Below, one piece after another: positions 10,908-25,747 of a stretch of 64,000 bases of DNA (positions are counted from its first letter, which is position 1; each line of letters starts with the position of its first letter). Source of the stretch: Laetmonice hystrix (Eukaryota); NCBI GenBank assembly GCA_965235115.1, contig OZ249436.1, positions 28,708,001-28,772,000 on the forward strand, given 5' to 3'. The notes beneath the pieces are model-generated. The model saw only the letters and a list, made by a program, of their open reading frames with translations. It was not told the origin of the DNA and made no database searches. Made by a program: the position numbers and the translations under genes.

Positions 10908-12741
10908 CTAGAGCGATGGGTTGCTGGGCAACACCAAATCCCATTTCCTGTATCATGGGAGGGCAAGGACAAAAGCAGGTGACATTTAAGAAAAAACATC
11001 TAAACTTAATTCCTATGCATGTTTAATAGTACCTATGTGCTTATCATCCATCGTTTCCAAGATACAAAATCTATATATTGGCGGGACATAGATTTGACCT
11101 TTCAAGGTCACTGTATTGAAATAAAGATGGCGCCGAATGAAAGGCCATATATGACTTCCTATCCATGATTAATAGTAATCATGGACCTAGCTTGCACGGT
11201 TTCCAAGATACAGAGCTCTGAATATTGGCAGGTCACCAATTTGACCTTTCAAGGTCACTCCAGAGAAAAAAAGATGGCGCCAACTGAAAGCCCATATATG
11301 ACTTCCTATATATGATTAACAGTAACCACGGGCCTAACATGCACGGTTTCCAAGATACAGAGCTCTGAATATTGGCAGGTCACCAATTTGACCTTTCAAG
11401 GTCACTCCAGAGAAAAAAAGATGGCGCTAACTGAAAGCCCATATATGACTTCCTATATATGATTAACAGTAACCACGGGCCTAACATGCACGGTTTCCAA
11501 GATACAGAGCTCTGAATATTGGCAGGTCACCAATTTGACCTTTCAAGGTCACTCCAGAGAAATAAAAATGGCGCCAAATGAAAGGCCATATATGACTTCC
11601 TATCCATGTTTAATAGTAACTATTGGCCTATTGTGCATGGTTTCCAAGATACAGAGCTTTGAATATTGGCAGGTCACGGATTTGACCTTTCAAGGTCACT
11701 CCAGAGAAATAAAAATGGCGCCAAATGAATTGCCATATATATCTTCCTATCTATGTTTATTAGTAACTATGGGCCTATTATGCACGGTTTCAAAGATACG
11801 GAGCATTGAATATATGTAGGTCATGGATTTGATCTTTCAAGGTCACTGTAGCGAAGTACAAATGGCGCCAAATGAAATGCCATATATGACTTCCTATCTA
11901 TGTTTAATAGTAACTATGGGCCTATTGTGCACGGTTTCAAAGATACAGAGCATTGAATATATGTAGGTCATGGATTTGACCTTTCAAGGTCACTGTAGCG
12001 AAGTACAAATGGCGCCAAATGAAAGGCCAAATATGACTTCCTATCCTTGATTAATAGCAACTATTGGCTTATTTTGCATTGTTTTCAAGTTACAGGCGAT
12101 TTCCATATATTGCAACTAATTTTGCCAAAGGTCAAAGGTCACAGGGTCAATTCTGAAAAAAAAAATCATTGAAACATGTTTTATGTATGACAGGCTAACA
12201 AACCTGTCTAAAATATGCTTAGATATTGCTTAGATATTGCATAGATGCAAAATTTTATATTCTCTATGCAAACATACCATATTCACATGTTTAAAGTCAC
12301 GTGACAGGATGAAACTAGGTCAAATCGAAAAATCCAGCCAAACTGTTAAGCACCCTCCTATCAGGAGCCTCTGTGCCCAATTTGGTGAAATTTTATTGAA
12401 AATTGAGGGAGAAGATACGTTTTAACCGTTTTCCTAACTCTGACCTAATTTCGACTAAGGGCAAAGGTCACAGGTCAACTTTACCTAGAAAATTATTAGT
12501 GGACTTAATGTTCATTAGATGGCATTAACGCTTCTTGAGTATCTTCTCAGAGCACTATGAAAAACGACTTCAAAATTTAGCTGAAAAACGCCAATATTAC
12601 GTCATAAAACGTCCAAATTACGTCCTATGACGTAATGCATCTGGGTGCCAGTTGTCCTTGCCTAGGTGAACCTTCTGTCCAAGTTTCATTCAGATACCTT
12701 AAAAACTGAGCGAACGGCAAGCCTTGTCTTACTACAGGAAG
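10908..12741 (-). mobile_element. Family B HINE-like body 1 (CTAG end present, no adjacent hairpin module)
   Basis: CTAGAGCGATGGGTTGCTGGGCAACACCAAATCCCATTTCC start; seven 147-bp monomer palindromes (11094-11976); ends ACTACAGGAAG(AAT)n. Confidence 0.85.
11050..12100. repeat. Internal 147-bp tandem repeat of family B (example array)
   Basis: TTGACCTTTCAAGGTCA recurs at 11094, 11241, 11388, 11535...; 49-aa periodicity in ORFs. Every B body has such an array. Confidence 0.97.
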
Positions 12742-12752
12742 AATAATAATAA

Positions 12753-14581
12753 CTAGAGCGATGGGTTGCTGGGCAACACCAAATCCCATTTCCTGTATCA
12801 TGGGAGGGCAAGGACAAAAGCAGGTGACATTTAAGAAAAAACATCTAAACTTAATTCCTATGCATGTTTAATAGTACCTATGTGCTTATCATCCATCGTT
12901 TCCAAGATACAAAATCTATATATTGGCGGGACATAGATTTGACCTTTCAAGGTCACTGTATTGAAATAAAGATGGCGCCGAATGAAAGGCCATATATGAC
13001 TTCCTATCCATGATTAATAGTAATCATGGACCTAGCTTGCACGGTTTCCAAGATACAGAGCTCTGAATATTGGCAGGTCACCAATTTGACCTTTCAAGGT
13101 CACTCCAGAGAAAAAAAGATGGCGCCAACTGAAAGCCCATGTATGACTTCCTATATATGATTAACAGTAACCACGGGCCTAACATGCACGGTTTCCAAGA
13201 TACAGAGCTCTGAATATTGGCAGGTCACCAATTTGACCTTTCAAGGTCACTCCAGAGAAAAAAAGATGGCGCTAACTGAAAGCCCATATATGACTTCCTA
13301 TATATGATTAACAGTAACCACGGGCCTAACATGCACGGTTTCCAAGATACAGAGCTCTGAATATTGGCAGGTCACCAATTTGACCTTTCAAGGTCACTCC
13401 AGAGAAATAAAAATGGCGCCAAATGAAAGGCCATATATGACTTCCTATCCATGTTTAATAGTAACTATTGGCCTATTGTGCATGGTTTCCAAGATACAGA
13501 GCTTTGAATATTGGCAGGTCACGGATTTGACCTTTCAAGGTCACTCCAGAGAAATAAAAATGGCGCCAAATGAATTGCCATATATATCTTCCTATCTATG
13601 TTTATTAGTAACTATGGGCCTATTATGCACGGTTTCAAAGATACGGAGCATTGAATATATGTAGGTCATGGATTTGACCTTTCAAGGTCACTGTAGCGAA
13701 GTACAAATGGCGCCAAATGAAAGGCCATATATGACTTCCTATCTATGTTTAATAGTAACTATGGGCCTATTGTGCACGGTTTCCAAGATACAGAGCATTG
13801 AATATATGTAGGTCATGGATTTGACCTTTCAAGGTCACTGTAGCGAAGTACAAATGGCGCCAAATGAAAGGCCATATATGACTTCCTATCCTTGATTAAT
13901 AGCAACTATTGGCCTATTATGCATTGTTTTCATGTTACAGGTGATCATATATTGGAACTAATTTTGCCAAAGGTCAAAGGTCACAGGGTCAATTATGAAA
14001 AAAATCATTGAAACATGTTTTATGTATGACAGGCTAACACACCTGTCTAAAATAAGCTTAGATATTGCTTAGATATTGCATAGATGCAAAATGTTATATT
14101 CTCTATGCAAACATACCATATTCGCATGTTTAAAGTCACGTGACAGGGTGAAACTAGGTCAAATCGAAAAAATCCAGCCATACTTTTAAGCACCCTCGTA
14201 TCAGGAGCCTCTCTACCCAATTTGGTGAAATTTTATTGAAAAATGAGGGAGAAGATACGTTTTAAGCGTTTTCCTACCTCTGACCTAATTTCGACTAAGG
14301 TCAAAGGTCACAGGTCAACTTCACCTAGAAAATTATTAGTCGACTTAATGTTCATCAGATGGCAGTAACGCTTTTTGCATATCTTCTCAGAGCACCATGA
14401 AAATGGACTTCAAAATTTAGCTGAAAAACGCCAATATTACGTCATAAAACGTCCAAATTACGTCCTATGACGTAATGCATCTGGGTGCCAGGTGTCCTTG
14501 CCTAGGTGAACCTTCTGTCCAAGTTTCATTCAGATACCTTAAAAACTGAGCGAACGGCCAGCCTTGTCTTACTACAGGAAG
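12753..14581 (-). mobile_element. Family B body 2
   Basis: Same termini and internal array as body 1. Confidence 0.85.
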
Positions 14582-14589
14582 AATAATAA

Positions 14590-16126
14590 CTAGAGCGATG
14601 GGTTGCTGGGCAACACCAAATCCCATTTCCTGTATCCTGGGAGGGCAAGGACAAAGGCAGGTGACATTTAAGAAAAAACATCTAAACTTAATTCCTATGC
14701 ATGTTTAATAGTACCTATGTGCTTAACATCCATCGTTTCCAAGATACAAAACTCTGAATATTGGCGGGACATAGATTTGACCTTTCAAGGTCACTGTATT
14801 GAAATAAAGATGGCGCCGAATGAAAGGCCATATATGACTTCCTATCCATGATTAACAGTAACCATGGGCCTAACATGCACGGTTTCCAAGATACAGAGCT
14901 CTGAATATTGGCAGGTGACCAATTTGACCTTTCAAGGCCACTCCAGAGAAATAAAAATGGCGCCAAATGAAAGGCCCTATATGACTTCCTATCCATGTTT
15001 AATAGTAACTATTGGCCTATTGTGCATGGTTTCCAAGATACAGAGCTTTGAATATTGGCAGGTCACGGATTTGACCTTTCAAGGTCACTCCAGAGAAATA
15101 AAAATGGCGCCAAATGAAATGCCATATATGACTTCCTATCTATGTTTATTAGTAACTATGGGCCTATTGTGCACGGTTTCAAAGATACAGAGCATTGAAT
15201 ATATGTAGGTCATGGATTTGACCTTTCAAGGTCACTGTAGTGAAGTACAAATGGCGCCAAATGAAAGGCCATATATGACTTCCTATCCTTGATTAATAGT
15301 AACTGTGGGCCTATTGTGCATGGTTTCCAAGATACAGAGCATTGAATATATGTAGGTCATGGATTTGACCTTTCAAGGTCACTGTAGCGAAGTACAAATG
15401 GCGCCAAATGAAAGGCCATATATGACTTCCTATCCTTGATTAATAGCAACTATTGGCCTATTATGCATTGTTTTCATGTTACAGGCGATTCCATATATTG
15501 CAACTAATTTTGCCAAAGGTCAAAGGTCACAGGGTCAATTATGAAAAAAATCATTGAAACATGTTTTATGTATGACAGGCTAACACACCTGTCTTAAATA
15601 AGCTTAGATATTGCTTAGATATTGCATAGATGCAAAATGTTATATTCTCTATGCAAACATACCATATTCGCATGTTTAAAGTCACGTGACAGGGTGAAAC
15701 TAGGTCAAATCGAAAAATCCAGCCAAACTTTTAAGCAGCCTCCTATCAGGACCCTCTGTGCCCAATTTGGTGAAATTTTATTGAAAATTGAGGGAGAAGA
15801 TACGTTTTAAGCGTTTTCCTACCTCTGACCTAATTTCGACTAAGGGCAAAGGTCACAGGTCAACTTCACCTAGAAAATTATTAGTGGACTTAATGTTCAT
15901 CAGATGGCATTAACGCTTCTTGAGTATCTTCTCAGAGCACTATGAAAAACGACTTCAAAATTTAGCTGAAAAACGCCAATATTACGTCATAAAACGTCCA
16001 AATTACGTCCTATGACGTAATGCATCTGGGTGCCAGGTGTCCTTGCCTAGGTGAACCTTCTGTCCAAGTTTCATTCAGATACCTTAAAAACTGAGCGAAT
16101 GGCCAGCCTTGTCTTACTACAGGAAG
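14590..16126 (-). mobile_element. Family B body 3
   Basis: Same termini and internal array. Confidence 0.85.
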
Positions 16127-16143
16127 AATAATAATAATAATAA

Positions 16144-17522
16144 CTAGAGCGATGGGTTGCTGGGCAACACCAAATCCCATTTCCTGTATCCTGGGAGGGC
16201 AAGGACAAAGGCAGGTGACATTTAAGAAAAAACATCTAAACTTAATTCCTATGCATGTTTAATAGTACCTACGTGCTTAACATCCATCGTTTCCAAGATA
16301 CAAAATCTGAATATTGGCGGGTCATAGATTTGACCTGTATTGAAATAAAGATGGCGCCGAATGAAAGGCCATATATGACTTCCTATACATGATTAATAGT
16401 AATCATGGACCTAGCATGCACGGTTTCCAAGACACACAGCTCTGGATATTGGCAGGTCACCAATTTGACCTTTCAAGGTCACTCCAGAGAAAAAAAGATG
16501 GCGCTAATTGAAAGCCCATATATGACTTCCTATCCATGATTAACAGTAATCATGGACCTAGCATGCACGGTTTCCAAGATACAGAGCTCTGAATATTGGC
16601 AGGTGACCAATTTGACCTTTCAAGGTCACTCCAGAGAAATAAAAATGGCGCCAAATGAAAGGCCATATATGACTTCCTATCCATGTTTAATAGTAACTAT
16701 GGGCCTATTGTGCACGGTTTCAAAGATACAGAGCATTGAATATATGTAGGTCATGGATTTGACCTTTCAAGGTCACTGTAGCGAAGTACAAATGGCGCCA
16801 AATGAAAGGCAATATATGACTTCCTATACTTGATTAATAGCAACTATTGGCTTATTTTGCCTTGTTTTCAAGTTACAGGCGATTCCATATATTGCAACTA
16901 ATTTTGCCAAAGGTCAAAGGTCACAGGGTCAATTCTGAAAAAAAAATAATTGAAACATGTTTTATGTATGACAGGCTAACAAACCTGTCTAAAATATGCT
17001 TAGATATTGCTTAGATATTGCATAGATACAAAATTGTATATTCTCTATGCAAACATAACATATGCACATGTTTAAAGTCACGTGACAGGGTGAAACTAGG
17101 TCAAATCAAAAAATCCAGCCAAACTTTTAAGCACCCTCCTATCAGGAGCCTCTCTGCCCAATTTGGTGAAATTTTATTGAAAATTGAGGGAGAAGATACG
17201 TTTTAAGCGTTTTCCGACCTCTGACCTAATTTCGACTAAGGGCAAAGGTCACAGGTCAACTTCACCTAGAAAATTATTAGTGGACTTAATGTTCATCAGA
17301 TGGCATTAACGCTTCTTGAGTATCTTCTCAGAGCACTATGAAAAACGACTTCAAAATTTAGCTAAAAAACGCCAATATTACGTCATAAAACGTCCAAATT
17401 ACGTCCTATGACGTAATGCATCTGGGTGCCAGGTGTCCTTGCCTAGGTGAACCTTCTGTCCAAGTTTCATTCAGATACCTTAAAAACTGAGCGAATGGCC
17501 AGCCTTGTCTTACTACAGGAAG
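16144..17522 (-). mobile_element. Family B body 4
   Basis: Same termini; small deletion in the first monomer palindrome (~16335). Confidence 0.85.
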
Positions 17523-17530
17523 AATAATAA

Positions 17531-19063
17531 CAAGACACAGAGATCTGAATAGTGGCAGGTCACCAATTTGACCTTTCAATGTCACTCCAGAGAAAAAAAG
17601 ATGGCGCTAATTGAAAGCCCATATATGACTTCCTATCCATGTTTAATAGTAACCATGGGCCTAACATGCGCGGTTTCCAAGATACAGAGCTCTGAATATT
17701 GGCAGGTGACCAATTTGACCTTTCAAGGTCACTCCAGAGAAATAAAAATGGCGCCAAATGAAAGGCCATATATGACTTCCTATCCATGTTTAATAGTAAC
17801 TATTGGCCTATTGTGCATGGTTTCCAAGATACAGAGCTTTGAATATTGGCAGGTCACGGATTTGACCTTTCAAGGTCACTCCAGAGAAATAAAAATGGCG
17901 CCAAATGAAATGCCATATATGACTTCCTATCTATGTTTATTAGTAACTATGGGCCTATTGTGCACGGTTTCAAAGATACAGAGCATTGAATATATGTAGG
18001 TCATGGATTTGACCTTTCAAGGTCACTGTAGCGAAGTACTAATGGCGCCAAATGAAAGGCCATATATGACTTCCTATCTATGTTTAATAGTAACTATGGG
18101 CCTATTGTGCACGGTTTCCAAGATACAGAGCATTGAATATATGTAGGTCATGGATTTGACCTTTCAAGGTCACTGTAGCGAAGTACAAATGGCGCCAAAT
18201 GAAAGGCCATATATGACTTCCTATCCTTGATTAATAGTAACTATGGGCCTATTGTGCATGGTTTCCAAGATACAGAGCATTGAATATATGTAGGTCATGG
18301 ATTTGACCTTTCAAGGTCACTGTAGCGAAGTACAAATGGCGCCAAATGAAAGGCCATATATGACTTCCTATCCTTGATTAATAGCAACTATTGGCCTATT
18401 ATGCATTGTTTTCATGTTACAGGCGATTCCATATATTGCAACTAATTTTGCCAAAGGTCAAAGGTCACAGGGTCAATTATGAAAAAAATCATTGAAACAT
18501 GTTTTATGTATGACAGGCTAACACACCTGTCTTAAAATAGCTTAGATATTGCTTAGATATTGCATAGATGCAAAATGTTATATTCTCTATGCAAACATAC
18601 CATATTCGCATGTTTAAAGTCACGTGACAGGGTGAAACTAGGTCAAGTCGAAAAATCCAGCCAAACTTTTAAGCACCCTCCTATCAGGACCCTCTGTGCC
18701 CAATTTGGTGAAATTTTATTGAAAATTGAGGGAGAAGATACGTTTTAAGCGTTTTCCTACCTCTGACCTAATTTCGACTAAGGGCAAAGGTCACAGGTCA
18801 ACTTCACCTAGAAAATTATTAGTGAACTTAATGTTCATCAGATGGCATTAACGCTTCTTGAGTATCTTTTCAGAGCACTATGAAAAACGACTTCAAAATT
18901 TAGCTGAAAAACGCCAATATTACGTCATAAAACGTCCAAATTACGTCCTATGACGTAATGCATCTGGGTGCCAGGTGTGCTTGCCTAGGTGAAGCTTCTG
19001 TCCAAGTTTCATTCAGATACCTTAAAAACTGAGCGAACGGCCAGCCTTGTCTTACTACAGGAA

Positions 19064-19064
<1 letters not shown>
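17531..19064 (-). mobile_element. Family B body 5, truncated on the CTAG side
   Basis: (AAT)nAA joins directly to internal CAAGACACAGAG. Confidence 0.85.
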
Positions 19065-19102
<38 letters not shown>

Positions 19103-19103
<1 letters not shown>

Positions 19104-20561
19104 TAGAGCGATGGGTTGCTGGGCAACACCAAATCCCATTTCCTGTATCCTGGGAGGGCAAGGACAAAGGCAGGTGACATTTAAGAAAAAACATCTAAAC
19201 TTAATTCCTATGCATGTTTAATAGTACCTATGTGCTTAACATCCATCGTTTCCAAGATACAAAACTCTGAATATTGGCGGGACATAGATTTGACCTTTCA
19301 AGGTCACTGTATTGAAATAAAGATGGCGCCGAATGAAAGGCCATATATGACTTCCTATCCATGATTAACAGTAACCATGGGCCTAACATGCACGGTTTCC
19401 AAGATACAGAGCTCTGAATATTGGCAGGTGACCAATTTGACCTTTCAAGGTCACTCCAGAGAAATAAAAATGGCGCCAAATGAAATGCCATATATGACTT
19501 ACTATCTATGTTTATTAGTAACTATGGGCCTATTGTGCACGGTTTCAAAGATACAGAGCATTGAATATATGTAGGTCATGGATTTGACCTTTCAAGGTCA
19601 CTGTAGCGAAGTACAAATGGCGCCAAATGAAAGGCCATATATGACTTCCTATCTATGTTTAATAGTAACTATGGGCCTATTGTGCACGGTTTCAAAGATA
19701 CAGAGCATTGAATATATGTAGGTCATGGATTTGACCTTTCAAGGTCACTGTAGCGAAGTACAAATGGCGCCAAATGAAAGGCCATATATGACTTCCTATC
19801 CTTGATTAATAGCAACTATTGGCCTATTATGCATTGTTTTCATGTTACAGGCGATTCCATATATTGCAACTAATTTTGCCAAAGGTCAAAGGTCACAGGG
19901 TCAATTATGAAAAAAATCATTGAAACATGTTTTATGTATGACAGGCTAACACACCTGTCTTAAATAAGCTTAGATATTGCTTAGATATTGCATAGATGCA
20001 AAATGTTATATTCTCTATGCAAACATACCATATTCGCATGTTTAAAGTCACGTGACAGGGTGAAACTAGGTCAAATCGAAAAATCCAGCCAAACTTTTAA
20101 GCACCCTCCTATCAGGACCCTCTGTGCCCAATTTGGTGAAATTTTATTGAAAATTGAGGGAGAAGATACGTTTTAAGCGTTTTCCTACCTCTGACCTAAT
20201 TTCGACTAAGGGCAAAGGTCACAGGTCAACTTCACCTAGAAAATTATTAGTGAACTTAATGTTCATCAGATGGCATTAACGCTTCTTGAGTATCTTTTCA
20301 GAGCACTATGAAAAACGACTTCAAAATTTAGCTGAAAAACGCCAATATTACGTCATAAAACGTCCAAATTACGTCCTATGACGTAATGCATCTGGGTGCC
20401 AGGTGTCCTTGCCTAGGTGAACCTTCTGTCCAAGTTTCATTCAGATACCTTAAAAACTGAGCGAATGGCCAGCCTTGTCTTACTACAGGAAGAATAATAA
20501 TAATAGTGTACACGAAACCATACAACAACAAGATCCCATTTCCACAGAGTGGAAATGGGAT
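19103..20561 (-). mobile_element. Family B complete element (body 6 + hairpin module)
   Basis: CTAG end, 4 monomer palindromes, (AAT)n, then GTGTACACGAAACC...ATCCCATTTCCAC-AGA-GTGGAAATGGGAT. Confidence 0.88.
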
Positions 20562-20628
20562 AATAATAATAATAGTGTACACGAAACCATACAACAACAA
20601 AATCCCATTTCCACAGAGTGGAAATGGG

Positions 20629-20661
<33 letters not shown>

Positions 20662-20717
20662 GTGTACACGAAACCATACAACAACAAAATCCCATTTCCA
20701 CAGAGTGGAAATGGGAT
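20506..20717 (-). repeat. Stack of three 56-bp B terminal hairpin modules separated by (AAT)n
   Basis: Modules at 20506, 20575, 20662. Confidence 0.92.
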
Positions 20718-20722
20718 AATAA

Positions 20723-22549
20723 CTAGAGCGATGGGTTGCTGGGCAACACCAAATCCCATTTCCTGTATCATGGGAGGGCAAGGACAAAAGCAGGTGACAT
20801 TTAAGAAAAAACATCTAAACTTAATTCCTATGCATGTTTAATAGTACCTATGTGCTTATCATCCATCGTTTCCAAGATACAAAATCTATATATTGGCCGG
20901 ACATAGATTTGACCTTTCAAGGTCACTGTATTGAAATAAAGATGGCGCCGAATGAAAGGCCATATATGACTTCCTATCCATGATTAATAGTAATCATGGA
21001 CCTAGCTTGCACGGTTTCCAAGATACAGAGCTCTGAATATTGGCAGGTCACCAATTTGACCTTTCAAGGTCACTCCAGAGAAAAAAAGATGGCGCCAACT
21101 GAAAGCCCATATATGACTTCCTATATATGATTAACAGTAACCACGGGCCTAACATGCACGGTTTCCAAGATACAGAGCTCTGAATATTGGCAGGTCACCA
21201 ATTTGACCTTTCAAGGTCACTCCAGAGAAAAAAAGATGGCGCTAACTGAAAGCCCATATATGACTTCCTATATATGATTAACAGTAACCACGGGCCTAAC
21301 ATGCACGGTTTCCAAGATACAGAGCTCTGAATATTGGCAGGTCACCAATTTGACCTTTCAAGGTCACTCCAGAGAAATAAAAATGGCGCCAAATGAAAGG
21401 CCATATATGACTTCCTATCCATGTTTAATAGTAACTATTGGCCTATTGTGCATGGTTTCCAAGATACAGAGCTTTGAATATTGGCAGGTCACGGATTTGA
21501 CCTTTCAAGGTCACTCCAGAGAAATAAAAATGGCGCCAAATGAATTGCCATATATATCTTCCTATCTATGTTTATTAGTAACTATGGGCCTATTATGCAC
21601 GGTTTCAAAGATACAGAGCATTGAATATATGTAGGTCATGGATTTGACCTTTCAAGGTCACTAGCGAAGTACAAATGGCGCCAAATGAAAGGCCATATAT
21701 GACTTCCTATCTATGTTTAATAGTAACTATGGGCCTATTGTGCACGGTTTCCAAGATACAGAGCATTGAATATATGTAGGTCATGGATTTGACCTTTCAA
21801 GGTCACTGTAGCGAAGTACAAATGGCGCCAAATGAAAGGCCATATATGACTTCCTATCCTTGATTAATAGCAACTATTGGCCTATTATGCATTGTTTTCA
21901 TGTTACAGGTGATCATATATTGGAACTAATTTTGCCAAAGGTCAAAGGTCACAGGGTCAATTATGAAAAAAATAATTGAAACATGTTTTATGTATGACAG
22001 GCTAACACACCTGTCTAAAATAAGCTTAGATATTGCTTAGATATTGCATAGATGCAAAATGTTATATTCTCTATGCAAACATACCATATTCGCATGTTTA
22101 AAGTCACGTGACAGGGTGAAACTAGGTCAAATCGAAAAAATCCAGCCATACTTTTAAGCACCCTCGTATCAGGAGCCTCTCTACCCAATTTGGTGAAATT
22201 TTATTGAAAAATGAGGGAGAAGATACGTTTTAAGCGTTTTCCTACCTCTGACCTAATTTCGACTAAGGTCAAAGGTCACAGGTCAACTTCACCTAGAAAA
22301 TTATTAGTCGACTTAATGTTCATCAGATGGCAGTAACGCTTTTTGCATATCTTCTAAGAGCACAATGAAAATGGACTTCAAAATTTAGCTGAAAAACGCC
22401 AATATTACGTCATAAAACGTCCAAATTACGTCCTATGACGTAATGCATCTGGGTGCCAGGTGTCCTTGCCTAGGTGAACCTTCTGTCCAAGTTTCATTCA
22501 GATACCTTAAAAACTGAGCGAACGGCCAGCCTTGTCTTACTACAGGAAG
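20723..22549 (-). mobile_element. Family B body 7
   Basis: Same termini and internal array. Confidence 0.85.
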
Positions 22550-22563
22550 AATAATAATAATAA

Positions 22564-24247
22564 CTAGAGCGATGGGTTGCTGGGCAACACCAAATCCCAT
22601 TTCCTGTATCCTGGGAGGGCAAGGACAAAGGCAGGTGACATTTAAGAAAAAACATCTAAACTTAATTCCTATGCATGTTTAATAGTACCTATGTGCTTAA
22701 CATCCATCGTTTCCAAGATACAAAACTCTGAATATTGGCGGGACATAGATTTGACCTTTCAAGGTCACTGTATTGAAATAAAGATGGCGCCGAATGAAAG
22801 GCCATATATGACTTCCTATCCATGATTAACAGTAACCATGGGCCTAACATGCACGGTTTCCAAGATACAGAGCTCTGAATATTGGCAGGTGACCAATTTG
22901 ACCTTTCAAGGTCACTCCAGAGAAATAAAAATGGCGCCAAATGAAAGGCCATATATGACTTCCTATCCATGTTTAATAGTAACTATTGGCCTATTGTGCA
23001 TGGTTTCCAAGATACAGAGCTTTGAATATTGGCAGGTCACGGATTTGACCTTTAAAGGTCACTCCAGAGAAATAAAAATGGCGCCAAATGAAATGCCATA
23101 TATGACTTCCTATCTATGTTTATTAGTAACTATGGGCCTATTGTGCACGGTTTCAAAGATACAGAGCATTGAATATATGTAGGTCATGGATTTGACCTTT
23201 CAAGGTCACTGTAGCGAAGTACAAATGGCGCCAAATGAAAGGCCATATATGACTTCCTATCTATGTTTAATAGTAACTATGGGCCTATTGTGCACGGTTT
23301 CCAAGATACAGAGCATTGAATATATGTAGGTCATGGATTCGACCTTTCAAGGTCACTGTAGCGAAGTACAAATGGCGCCAAATGAAAGGCCATATATGAC
23401 TTCCTATCCTTGATTAATAGTAACTATGGGCCTATTGTGCATGGTTTCCAAGATACAGAGCATTGAATATATGTAGGTCATGGATTTGACCTTTCAAGGT
23501 CACTGTAGCGAAGTACAAATGGCGCCAAATGAAAGGCCATATATGACTTCCTATCCTTGATTAATAGCAACTATTGGCCTATGATGCATTGTTTTCATGT
23601 TACAGGCGATTCCATATATTGCAACTAATTTTGCCAAAGGTCAAAGGTCACAGGGTCAATTATGAAAAAAATCATTGAAACATGTTTTATGTATGGCAGG
23701 CTAACACACCTGTCTTAAATAAGCTTAGATATTGCTTAGATATTGCATAGATGCAAAATGTTATATTCTCTATGCAAACATACCATATTCGCATGTTTAA
23801 AGTCACGTGACAGGGTGAAACTAGGTCAAATCGAAAAATCCAGCCAAATTTTTAAGCACCCTCCTATCAGGAGCCTCTGTGCCCAATTTGGTGAAATTTT
23901 ATTGAAAATTGGGGGAGAAGATACGTTTTAAGCGTTTTCCTACCTCTGACCTAATTTCGACTAAGGGCAAAGGTCACAGGTCAACTTCACCTAGAAAATT
24001 ATTAGTGGACTTAATGTTCATCAGATGGCATTAACGCTTTTTGAGTATCTTCTCAGAGCACTATAAAAAACGACTTCAAACTTTAGCTGAAAAACGCCAA
24101 TATTACGTCATAAAACGTCCAAATTACGTCCTATGACGTAATGCATCTGGGTGCCAGGTGTCCTTGCCTAGGTGAACCTTCTGTCCAAGTTTCATTCAGA
24201 TATCTTAAAAACTGAGCGAACGGCCAGCCTTGTCTTACTACAGGAAG
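22564..24247 (-). mobile_element. Family B body 8
   Basis: Same termini and internal array. Confidence 0.85.
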
Positions 24248-24258
24248 AATAATAATAA

Positions 24259-25733
24259 AAATAAAGATGGCGCCGAATGAAAGCCCATATATGACTTCCT
24301 ATCCATGATTAACAGTAACCATGGGCCTAACATGCACGGTTTCCAAGATACAGAGCTCTGAATATTGGCAGGTGACCAATTTGACCTTTCAAGGTCACTC
24401 CAGAGAAATAAAAATGGCGCCAAATGAAAGGCCATATATGACTTCCTATCCATGTTTAATAGTAACTATTGGCCTATTGTGCATGGTTTCCAAGATACAG
24501 AGCTATGAATATTGGCAGGTCATGAATTTGACCTTCCAAGGTCACTACAGAGAAATAAGAATGGCGCCAAATGAAATGCCATATATGACTTCCTATCTAT
24601 GTTTAATAGTAACTATGGGCCTATTGTGCACGGTTTCCAAGATACAGAGCATTGAATATATGTAGGTCATGGATTTGACCTTTCAAGGTCACTGTAGCGA
24701 AGTACAAATGGCGCCAAATGAAAGGCCATATATGACTTCCTATCTATGTTTAATAGTAACTATGGGCCTATTGTGCACGGTTTCCAAGATACAGAGCATT
24801 GAATATATGTAGGTCATGGATTTGACCTTTCAAGGTCAACTGTAGCAAAGTACAAATGGCGCCAAATGAAAGGCCATATATGACTTCCTATCCTTGATTA
24901 ATAGTAACTATGGGCCTATTGTGCATGGTTTCCAAGATACAGAGCATTGAATATATATGTAGGTCATGGATTTGACCTTTCAAGGTCACTGTAGCGAAGT
25001 ACAAATGGCGCCAAATGAAAGGCCATATATGACTTCCTATCCTTGATTAATAGCAACTATTGGCCTATTATGCATTGTTTTCATGTTACAGGCGATTCCA
25101 TATATTGCAACTAATTTTGCCAAAGGTCAAAGGTCACAGGGTGAATTATGAAAAAAATCATTGAAACATGTTTTATGTATGACAGGCTAACACACCTGTC
25201 TAAAATAAGCTTAGATATTGCTTAGATATTGCATAGATGCAAAATGTTATATTCTCTATGCAAACATACCATATTCGCATGTTTAAAGTCACGTGACAGG
25301 GTGAAACTAGGTCAAATCGAAAAATCCAGCCAAACTTTTAAGCACCCTCCTATCAGGAGCCTCTGTGCCCAATTTGGTGAAATTTTATTGAAAATTGAGG
25401 GAGAAGATACGTTTTAAGCGTTTTCCTACCTCTGACCTAATTTCGACTAAGGGCAAAGGTCACAGGTCAACTTCACCTAGAAAATTATTAGTGGACGTAA
25501 TGTTCATCAGATGGCCTTAACACTTCTTGAGTATCTTCTCAGAGCACTATGAAAAACGACTTCAAAATTTAGCTGAAAAACGCCAATATTACGTCATAAA
25601 ACGTCCAAATTACGTCCTATGACGTAATGACTCTGGGTGCCAGGTGTCCTTGCCTAGGTGAACCTTCTGTCCAAGTTTCATTCAGATACCTTAAAAACTG
25701 AGCGAATGGGCGGCCTTGTCTTACTACAGGAAG
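24259..25733 (-). mobile_element. Family B body 9, truncated on the CTAG side
   Basis: (AAT)n joins internal AAATAAAGATGGCGCCG. Confidence 0.85.
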
Positions 25734-25747
25734 AATAATAATAATAA

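Noticed and set aside
14320..14370. CTGATGA on the minus strand of B bodies (hammerhead ribozyme core, retrozyme/Penelope hypothesis)
   Set aside because: No stem II followed by GAAA, and several copies have TTCATTAG instead. An Infernal search would be definitive.
20506..20717. Palindromic repeats with spacers resembling a CRISPR array
   Set aside because: Spacers are only (AAT)n, the repeats are transposon termini, there are no cas genes, and the context is eukaryotic.
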